The translations under genes and the position numbers were made by a program. The notes under the pieces were generated by a model. It was given only the letters and a program-made list of their open reading frames with translations, was not told the DNA's origin and searched no databases. Shown here in pieces: positions 55,634 to 62,917 of a DNA stretch of 62,917 nt; within the stretch, counting starts at the first letter, position 1, and every line of letters begins with the position of its first letter. Source of the stretch: Minisyncoccota bacterium (GTDB lineage Bacteria > Patescibacteriota > Minisyncoccia > Phycocordibacterales > CSBR16-193). The DNA lies in NCBI GenBank assembly GCA_040880645.1, contig JBBDHZ010000266.1, positions 1 to 62,917 of the forward strand, read 5' to 3'.

Positions 55634-58600
55634 ATGTCCATCGCACGTCATCACGCAGAATGGCTTTCGCTCGTGCCGGTCTCAGGCCCGTTTCTGAGTA
55701 TGCCGGTACTGATGCAGGCGTTTCCGCAGGGACTTGATGCGCACGATTCTGAACACGCTCGACTGCTGCGGCTGGCCTACGAGGAATGGGACGACAGCTT
55801 TCAGAAGAAGAAAGTTGATCCCAGCGTTCACGATTCGTGGATCAAGTTCGTTCTCACGAAGACGCTGGAGTTCGACGAGAGCCTGCTCGCTGAGGGACAA
55901 GCGATTCCACAGACGCTTCACGTCCAGGTTCCCGAGCACGGTGAACTGCTCAGACCCAGCATCGTCCTGAACGACCCAAGTACGCAGAAGGCCCGGATGC
56001 TGATTCGGACCTATCCTCGCTCGCAAGACCTCACGAGCTACGTCGCAGGGTCTCGTTGGAAGGCGTCACCTGAAACTCGGATGACGGACCTGCTCCACGG
56101 CACGGGCGTTCGGCTTGGCCTCGTCACCAACGGCGAGCATTGGATGCTGGTCGATGCCCCCAAAGGCGAGACGACCGGCTACGCCTCTTGGTACGCCTCT
56201 CTATGGCGAGAAGAGAAAATCACGCTGCAAGCGTTCCGAAGCCTGTTTTCAATTCATCGATTCTTTGGAGTTTCCGATAATGAAACGATTGAGGCTCTGC
56301 TCGCAAAGAGTGCCTCCAACCAGCAGGAGGTTACTGAGCAACTTGGCTCTCAGGTGCTTAGAGCGGTCGAGGTGCTAATCCAGTCGCTCGACAAAGCCGA
56401 TCAAGACCATGGACGGGAACTGTTGGGCGGAGTGACCGAGCCATTCCTTTATGAATCCGCTCTTACAGTGATGATGCGGCTGGTGTTCCTGTTTTGCGCC
56501 GAGGAACGGGAACTCATTCCAACCAAGCCGTTTCCCGTCTATGAACAAAACTACTCCGTCTCCACAATGTCGAAGCAGCTTCGGGAAATCGCCGATCAGC
56601 ACGGCGAGGAACTGCTCGAACGCCGGTTCGACGGCTGGCCACGGCTGCTATCGGCCTTCCGTGCCGTCTACAGCGGTCTGGCTCACGACGATGTGTATAT
56701 GCCAGCCTACGGCGGACGGCTATTCGATCCCGACCGATTTCCGTTCCTTGAAGGACGAGAAAAGAAGACAAGCTGGCAGGATACCGAGGCGACTCCCCTG
56801 CCTGTCAATAACCGTACCGTGCTGCACTTGCTAGAAGCGTTGCAACTGCTGCAAGTGAAGGTGCCGGGCGGCGGGCCTGCCGAGGCTCGTCGGGTCAGCT
56901 TCCGTGCTCTCGACATTGAACAGATCGGACACGTCTACGAAGGTCTTCTTGACCACACAGCGAAACGAGCATCCGAGCCGACACTGGGGCTAATCGGCAA
57001 GAAAGAGCCAGAAGTTGCGTTACAAAAGTTGGAGCAGGAGCGAGAGAAAGGCAACAAGCAGTTCTTTGACTTCCTCAAGAAACAATGTGGAAGCTCCCGC
57101 AAATGGGAGAATTACCTCGATGTCGGATTGGATGATCGCCAAGAACGGCGACTTCGTACGGCCTGCGGGAATGATGAGTCGCTCTTCGAGCGAGTGAAGC
57201 CGTTTGCGGCCCTGCTCCGAGACGACTCGTTTGGGTATCCCGTGGTCGTTCCTGAAAGCAGCGTCTTCGTCACGGCAGGAACGGATAGACGCAGCAGTGG
57301 CACGCACTACACGCCTCGGAGCCTGACGGAACCAATCGTCCAGCACACGCTGGAGCCACTGATCTACGTTGGCCCAGCTGAAGGTAAGCCGAAGTCCGAG
57401 TGGAAGCTGAAGTCGGCGGCGGACCTGCTCGACCTGAAAATCTGCGACATGGCCTGTGGTTCGGGGGCGTTTCTGGTTCAGGCGGCCCGGTACATGTCCG
57501 AGCGTCTGATGGAAGCTTGGGACGCTGCGAAGGAGAAATATCCAGATGTGCCGGGAATCACTCCCGAGGGGAAGCCATCAGCAGGTGGGGCCAATGAGTC
57601 ACTGATCCCCGACGATCCCGCCGAGCGAACCACCTACGCCATGCGGATCATCGCCCAACGATGCCTCTATGGCGTCGACGTGAACCCGCTGGCGACCGAA
57701 ATGGCGAAACTGTCGCTGTGGCTCCTGACGCTGGCAAAGGACAAGCCGTTTGAGTTTCTCGATCACGCCATCCGTTGTGGCGACTCTCTCGTTGGTCTGC
57801 ATGATCTTGAACAACTACGGCACTTTAGCCTAAAGCCTGACAACGACGACACGCCTCTGTTCAAAGGGCCACTGGACAACGCAGTGGAAGAAGCGGTTAA
57901 CCTGCGTCTAAAGCTGGAAGACATGCCCTCGAACACGGTCGAGGACATCGAGGCTCAAGAGGAGTTGCTCAAGGATGCAGAGGGCAGGATTGCCCGGCTG
58001 CGCAGTGCGGCGGACTTGCTGGTATCGGCTGAGTTTTGGGGAGAAGGGCCGAAAGATAAGCAGGAGAAAGTGCGGCACGCTGCGGTCGTTGCTGGCCATT
58101 ATGTCGAGAATGGTCCAAGTGAGGAGTTTGAGGGGAAAGCCCAGAGGGAACGCCGAGGCCAGAAGATGTTTCACTGGCCGCTAGAGTTCCCCGAAGTCGT
58201 TGTGAAGCGAGGTGGATTCGATGGAATCGTGGGCAATCCACCGTTCATCAAAGGCTCATTTATATCCGGCCATTTTGGTGACACGTATCGAGGCTTCATC
58301 CAAACTCATGTTGCGGACGACAAGAAAGGAAATGCAGACTTCTCTGCGTTTTTCCTGCTCCGTGCCGGTCGTGTTATCTCGACAAGCGGCCTGCTGGGCT
58401 TAATTCTCACCAATTCCATTGCTGAGGGTGACACCAGAGAAGTGGGACTCGACCAGCTTTTGGCTCGGGGAGCTACGATCGTCAGGACTGTTCCGTCTCT
58501 TAAGTGGCCGGGAGTCGCAGCATTGCAGGTGGCGTGCTTGTGGTGTTTCGCCTCCACATGGGGAGGACGCCGCTTTATTGGCGGCAGGTCTGCCACCAGC

Positions 58601-59704
58601 ATTACTGCATATTTGGCAGAGGGGGATGCAGCGTCCGCCACTCCATTTCCTCTGGTTGAAAACGCACGCCTGAGCTACACGGGGAACAAGATATATGGGG
58701 ACGGTTTCGTTCTCACTCCCGAGGAAGCGCAGGCTTTAATTGACCAGAGGCCGTCGAACAGCGAAGTAATATTTCCATACGTCAAAAGTGACGACCTGTT
58801 GAACAATCCAAGTCAGACGTACGGTTCGTGGGTCATCAACTTCGGGGAAATGAGCCTTGAGGGTGCCAGACGCTATCCGGAGTGCATCTCAATTGTTGAG
58901 CGACTTGTAAAGCCGTATCGTGATTCGGTAAAGGTTCGGAAAACAAGGGAGAATTGGTGGCTTCATGAACGAAGGCGTCCAGAGCTTTACGCAGCTATCA
59001 AGGTCGTGAATCGTGTGCTGTTCCACGGATTTACGTGCAAATACTTGGCGTTTACGTTCGTTCCGACCGAAGTTGTGTTCGCTGCGCCGCATGTGGTCAT
59101 TCTTCTGGATCAATGGCACGATTTCTCAATCTTGCAATCTTCCTTGCACGAGGCGTGGGTCAGAAAATTTGGTTCCACACTCGAAACTCGGATGCGTTAT
59201 CCAGCTTCAGATGTGTTCGAGACTTTTCCGAGGCCAGTTAGAACACATAGGCTCGGGCAGATTGGCGAAAAATATTATGGGCATCGTGGGGCGGCAATGG
59301 TTGGCAGGTCGGTAGGGCTTACGCAGTTATACAACCGCTTTCACGACCCTGACGAGTCACCAGCCGACATTCAGAAGCTACGTGGTCTCCACATCGAAAT
59401 GGATCAGGCGGTCGCTGCTGCTTACGGCTGGGACGATCTCGACCTTGGCCACGGCTTTCACGAGACGAAGCAGGGGCTTCGTTTCACGATCAGCGAATCA
59501 GCCCGCCGTGAAATCCTCCAGCGACTCCTCAAGCTGAACCACGAACGCTACGAGGAAGAGGTTGCACAGGGCCTCCATAAGAAGACAAAGGGCAAGGGGA
59601 AGAAGGTAAACACTTCCCGAAAGACCGCAAGTCCGAAGAAGCGCAGAAGATCGCAGCCTGTCGGCCCGACGCTGTTCGGGGACGATGACGACGAGGGAGG
59701 CTGA
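55634..59704 (+). CDS. large Eco57I/type IIG-like N6-adenine DNA methyltransferase (DISARM DrmMI-like / PglX-like)
   Basis: Motif I ICDMACGSGAFLVQAA and motif IV FDGIVGNPPFIKG, in a 1356-aa protein immediately after the preceding gene. Confidence 0.9.
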   Translation: MSIARHHAEWLSLVPVSGPFLSMPVLMQAFPQGLDAHDSEHARLLRLAYEEWDDSFQKKKVDPSVHDSWIKFVLTKTLEFDESLLAEGQAIPQTLHVQVPEHGELLRPSIVLNDPSTQKARMLIRTYPRSQDLTSYVAGSRWKASPETRMTDLLHGTGVRLGLVTNGEHWMLVDAPKGETTGYASWYASLWREEKITLQAFRSLFSIHRFFGVSDNETIEALLAKSASNQQEVTEQLGSQVLRAVEVLIQSLDKADQDHGRELLGGVTEPFLYESALTVMMRLVFLFCAEERELIPTKPFPVYEQNYSVSTMSKQLREIADQHGEELLERRFDGWPRLLSAFRAVYSGLAHDDVYMPAYGGRLFDPDRFPFLEGREKKTSWQDTEATPLPVNNRTVLHLLEALQLLQVKVPGGGPAEARRVSFRALDIEQIGHVYEGLLDHTAKRASEPTLGLIGKKEPEVALQKLEQEREKGNKQFFDFLKKQCGSSRKWENYLDVGLDDRQERRLRTACGNDESLFERVKPFAALLRDDSFGYPVVVPESSVFVTAGTDRRSSGTHYTPRSLTEPIVQHTLEPLIYVGPAEGKPKSEWKLKSAADLLDLKICDMACGSGAFLVQAARYMSERLMEAWDAAKEKYPDVPGITPEGKPSAGGANESLIPDDPAERTTYAMRIIAQRCLYGVDVNPLATEMAKLSLWLLTLAKDKPFEFLDHAIRCGDSLVGLHDLEQLRHFSLKPDNDDTPLFKGPLDNAVEEAVNLRLKLEDMPSNTVEDIEAQEELLKDAEGRIARLRSAADLLVSAEFWGEGPKDKQEKVRHAAVVAGHYVENGPSEEFEGKAQRERRGQKMFHWPLEFPEVVVKRGGFDGIVGNPPFIKGSFISGHFGDTYRGFIQTHVADDKKGNADFSAFFLLRAGRVISTSGLLGLILTNSIAEGDTREVGLDQLLARGATIVRTVPSLKWPGVAALQVACLWCFASTWGGRRFIGGRSATSITAYLAEGDAASATPFPLVENARLSYTGNKIYGDGFVLTPEEAQALIDQRPSNSEVIFPYVKSDDLLNNPSQTYGSWVINFGEMSLEGARRYPECISIVERLVKPYRDSVKVRKTRENWWLHERRRPELYAAIKVVNRVLFHGFTCKYLAFTFVPTEVVFAAPHVVILLDQWHDFSILQSSLHEAWVRKFGSTLETRMRYPASDVFETFPRPVRTHRLGQIGEKYYGHRGAAMVGRSVGLTQLYNRFHDPDESPADIQKLRGLHIEMDQAVAAAYGWDDLDLGHGFHETKQGLRFTISESARREILQRLLKLNHERYEEEVAQGLHKKTKGKGKKVNTSRKTASPKKRRRSQPVGPTLFGDDDDEGG

Positions 59705-59805
59705 CCGGCGAGGTCGTACAAGAAACTAGGTCACAACCGAGATCAGCCACGAAGGCCGCCACCAAGGGGCGGGATGCTTCGCTGGATGGATTTGCCACCA
59801 ATGAA

Positions 59806-60228
59806 GTGATGGCAGCATTCCGACAAGCGGCACGCAACCGAGGCTGGATGGAGAGAACTAAAATGCTGCGGGAGGTCGCCGGGCTACTGGGCTACCAAAG
59901 GCTCGGTTCCCGCATCGAGAAGACATTGAAGGGGCATATGCGGGCGGCGAACCGACGAGGCATCATCGAAGCCGATGGCGATTCTGTAAGGGCGTTGAAC
60001 GCCACGATGAGCGACTACACACGAGAGGAACTGCGAGACACGCTGATCTCCGTTATGCGCAAGGGAACGAACTACGAGCGAGAGGATGTGATCTGCGCCG
60101 TCGCCCACCACTTGGGATTTTCCCGAGTGACCGACGCCGTACGTGATCCCATCAAGTCGGCAATCAACAGCGGCGTCCGCCAAGGCATACTCGGTTACGT
60201 GGGAAGCGTGGTCTGGAGAGAGCGGTGA
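59806..60228 (+). CDS. hypothetical protein
   Basis: 140-aa ORF between the methylase and the OLD-like gene. The ATG is at 59809. Confidence 0.5.
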   Translation: MMAAFRQAARNRGWMERTKMLREVAGLLGYQRLGSRIEKTLKGHMRAANRRGIIEADGDSVRALNATMSDYTREELRDTLISVMRKGTNYEREDVICAVAHHLGFSRVTDAVRDPIKSAINSGVRQGILGYVGSVVWRER

Positions 60229-60283
60229 GTCTAACTGTGCAGACTGAAACAACCGTAAGCAAGATTTGAGGTGAGAGCCTGAC

Positions 60284-61948
60284 GTGATTCTGAAGAGCAT
60301 TACACCGAAGCATTTCGGCCCCTTCGCTGCGGACACTACGCTTCATCTCGACCCTGAGGTGACGGTGCTTACAGGTCCGAATGATGCTGGGAAGAGTCTT
60401 GCACTTCGGGCAATCGAAATCCTCTGTACGCAGAGCACCATCGACAGCCACGAGGTGAACCGAGATCGGACCGGGGAATTCAGTGGCAAGTGGCAAGACG
60501 ATACAGAGATTGCCTGTATTGTCATCTTCGAGACGACTGAATCTACGCCTGCCCAAAAGGGACTGCCAAAGGGGACAAGACCGGGAGCAACGGTGACGGT
60601 TCATCGCCGGATGACGGCGACTCAAGGGAAAATCATAGAAATCAACGTTGGACGAACCCGCTCTGAACCTCAGAGTGCCTTCAATCCGCCACATCTTCTG
60701 AAATTGCCTTTGGCCACAGAGGTACGACAAGAGATCAACTTTGAAAACCTGACCGATGCAGAGAGCCATCTCATTCGACTTGGATTCGGTCGAGAGTTCT
60801 CACTGGAACAGCACAAGAGTCTTGACCAGATCGCCCGCTCGTTCCGTATCGACGAGGCTGAGAGCCGATTGAACGAGAAGCTTCACAGAATACTTCCGAA
60901 GGCGATGCCTTTGAGCTTCAAGCTGCTGGAGGTTGGGGCGCAGCCCGAGCTTCTGGGTGTCGGATTGATAGACGAGCATCGAGGGTACGCCCCGCTTGGG
61001 TCACGAGGAGCGGGAGTGCGGAAATTGCTTAACGTGATGGGGGCACTCCTCCGAGTGAACCCCGACGACGGGCACACGATTGTCCTCTACGATGAGCCAG
61101 AGACATCGCTGCACGCCGATGCACAGCACATGTTGCGGCGACTCATGGAGAGCCTTGCGTCCCATCCGAACGTGCAGGTGATCTATACGACGCACTCACC
61201 TGCGATGGTTAATAATCTCCGTCCTCGGTCGATCCGTGTCCTTGAGCGAAAAAGGGTAGGTGAAAAGGCCGTCTCGCTTTTTGTGAACAATGCGTGCGGC
61301 GAAAATTACAATCTGGTTCGCTCCAGCTTGGGAGTCAGCCCTGCGGATTCGCTCTTGTACGCCCCCATCACAGTCATTGCAGAGGGGACAACCGAGGTGC
61401 AGTGTGTTCCGCTAGTGCTGATGAAACTTTCGGACAATGGCGTCATTCCTGCCGATATGCTCGAAACTCTTTTGTCGCAAACACACATTCTCGACGGAGA
61501 GGGATCGAGCTTCGAATACATGTGTCGGCTCGCAAAGTCACAGAACGCAAAGCCTATAGTCTTCCTCGACGGTGACAAACAAGCTGATGTGCAGAAGGTG
61601 AAGGACAAGCATCCTGAAGTAGCGGTTATTGTGCTCGCCAGCGGAACGGAATTCGAGGATGTGGTGCCGAAAGCTAAGTATATTCAGGCAACAGCCGAAG
61701 TTTTGGAGGACGAGGGTGGTGACATCTGTGAGGGTTCCTTTCTTGAATGGGAGCAGAAAGCATCACTTCGGCCATCTGTGATGTTTTCCAAACGAGTTGA
61801 ACGCTGGCTTCGAGACGAGTTCGACAAGCCGCTCTACAAGCCGTTGGTCATGCGACGAGCCATTGAGCTAACAGATACTCCCGACATTCAGACTGAGCCT
61901 TTCAAGCAACTCATTGAAGCAATGCGGAAGGTAGGCGAAACACTATGA
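60284..61948 (+). CDS. OLD-family ATP-dependent nuclease (ABC-type ATPase + Toprim)
   Basis: Walker A LTGPNDAGKS, signature-like SRGAGVRKLL, Walker B IVLYDEPETSLH. Toprim: VIAEGTTEVQ and VFLDGDKQ. Confidence 0.85.
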   Translation: MILKSITPKHFGPFAADTTLHLDPEVTVLTGPNDAGKSLALRAIEILCTQSTIDSHEVNRDRTGEFSGKWQDDTEIACIVIFETTESTPAQKGLPKGTRPGATVTVHRRMTATQGKIIEINVGRTRSEPQSAFNPPHLLKLPLATEVRQEINFENLTDAESHLIRLGFGREFSLEQHKSLDQIARSFRIDEAESRLNEKLHRILPKAMPLSFKLLEVGAQPELLGVGLIDEHRGYAPLGSRGAGVRKLLNVMGALLRVNPDDGHTIVLYDEPETSLHADAQHMLRRLMESLASHPNVQVIYTTHSPAMVNNLRPRSIRVLERKRVGEKAVSLFVNNACGENYNLVRSSLGVSPADSLLYAPITVIAEGTTEVQCVPLVLMKLSDNGVIPADMLETLLSQTHILDGEGSSFEYMCRLAKSQNAKPIVFLDGDKQADVQKVKDKHPEVAVIVLASGTEFEDVVPKAKYIQATAEVLEDEGGDICEGSFLEWEQKASLRPSVMFSKRVERWLRDEFDKPLYKPLVMRRAIELTDTPDIQTEPFKQLIEAMRKVGETL

Positions 61949-62917
61949 GCGATCAACCTGTCCTAACCAAACCACCTAGCTCCGCCGAGATCCGAGCCGA
62001 ACTCGAAGCGATGGTCGTTGGCGATCTGCTCGGTCCTGCTGGTGGCGAGAGCGAGGAACTCACCGAGCGCACGGTTCGTGATCGCTACATCGTCGGCGTT
62101 CTCGCACCGAGCCGAGCAGGCGCACCATCCGACACGGCTGCTGACGAAGAAGACGAAGAAACCCCGCTCATTCCCGATGAATTGGCAGAAGGTGGCACTG
62201 ATACCATCGACGATGGTACGACTGACAAGGATGTTCCTGTTGCTGCCGGACACCTGCCATCTTCCATCGGAATGACCTTCTGTGTGGACGGAGACGTTCA
62301 ATCCATCAAGGTGTCCGTTTCGTGGGGACAGTACAAACGAGAAGTACGGGAAGATCAGATTAGCGAACGCACAGGTAATCCGATCCGTGTCTGGCAGCGG
62401 TACAGTCGGGGAGGCGTGGTCGATGTTCCGCTCAAGGTTGGGCCTGTCAAGGCGACCGCTCCCGATAACGAATTCTCTGACATCTACGTTCAGGGACAGG
62501 TTCGCAAGCGGGATTCGTACTGGGTTGTCACTCTGTTCCTGATCAACGCTCAAGAAGAGGGGCGGCCCAAGGATGAGTTCCAGGTATTTCAGCCTGTTCT
62601 CAGAGTGGAAGCGGCTGATAAAAGCGCCATTTTCTGCAAACGGATGACCGTCGGCTCCAACCACGACCTCGAAGAAAACCTGATGGCAATGCTCTACCGC
62701 CACCAGGTCGAGTTTGCCGTTGGGCACGGAGTGAGTGTCCACGCTGAGGTTTCTAAGGAATCATCCGACCGAGCCAAACTCATCCGCACCGAGTTCATCC
62801 CCCGTCACGAAGTCCCCCGCACTGCGCCACCCACTGAAAACGATGCTGACCAGAACCCGGCATTTGAGAAACTAAAGGGACTGGCCCTCGACATGAAGGC
62901 ACTGGCCGAAGCGGATG
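61944..62917 (+). CDS. N-terminal part of a large protein, probably the DISARM DrmA-like helicase (runs off right edge)
   Basis: The ATG overlaps the OLD stop (ATGA at 61944-61948). I hand-translated MSDQPVLTKPPSSAEIRAELEAMVVGDLLGPAGGESEELTERTVRDRYIVGVLAP..., which stays open to 62917. The track shows only an antisense shadow ORF here. Confidence 0.55.

Noticed and set aside
61963-62742. 259-aa minus-strand ORF
   Set aside because: It is antisense to a plus-strand frame that starts with an ATGA overlap to the OLD gene and stays open to the window end. The plus-strand product resembles defence-helicase N-termini. The track omits it only because it has no stop in the window.
1-62917. CRISPR arrays, rRNA, tRNA, IS elements with terminal inverted repeats
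   Set aside because: I scanned by eye for regularly spaced direct repeats, conserved rRNA or tRNA motifs and transposase signatures (DDE, HTH-Tnp). None were found. The only spaced repeats are the 11-nt motif family and the two 250-bp cassette repeats reported above.

Overview
This 62.9-kb bacterial chromosomal window has roughly mid-50s % G+C by eye and is gene-dense. I found no rRNA, tRNA or CRISPR array. It reads as a mosaic of housekeeping and accessory DNA.

(1) 1-6.7 kb is a minus-strand block that looks like a plasmid or ICE remnant. It encodes ArdC, a RuvB-like AAA+ ATPase, a very acidic protein and two excisionase-type HTH proteins. An 11-nt motif (GGCACCYGCTA) is planted about 30-75 nt upstream of most start codons.

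(2) 6.8-19.5 kb mixes secreted phosphoesterases, a HEPN-like / AAA+ / HEAT-repeat / membrane-protein cluster, a UvdE-GIY-YIG fusion, a CaCA antiporter and a methyltransferase.

(3) 19.97-21.19 kb is a ~1.2-kb AT-rich stretch with no long ORF. It is followed by a GNAT-PIN-GNAT-ASCH giant protein plus a separate ASCH gene.

(4) 24-38.7 kb holds a ComEC-like MBL nuclease with DUF3006, a secreted PD-(D/E)xK-like protein operon and duplicated csaA genes. It also holds two gene cassettes bounded by a ~250-bp repeat that were inserted into, or duplicated around, an SRPBCC/cupin gene pair. TfoX, GNAT, GDPD and HAD genes complete the region.

(5) 39.1-62.9 kb is a defence island. It contains:
- a ParB-domain DNA methyltransferase;
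- a Pycsar/CBASS-like cyclic-nucleotide module: a tandem-domain class III cyclase, a Prok-E2-like SEC-C protein and a cNMP-binding/TIR-like effector, with divergent CapH/CapP-like XRE + ImmA regulators;
- an XRE + membrane coiled-coil pair;
- a class-1-DISARM-like operon (SNF2 DrmD-like, DrmMI-like methylase, DrmA-like N-terminus at the window edge) that carries extra genes: an AlbA_2/Schlafen-like protein, a papain-like Cys-His protein and an OLD-family nuclease.

The best candidate for an undescribed system is the cyclase / E2-like / CNB-TIR-like module at 43.7-46.8 kb. All functional calls come from reading motifs in the supplied translations. No database search was run.
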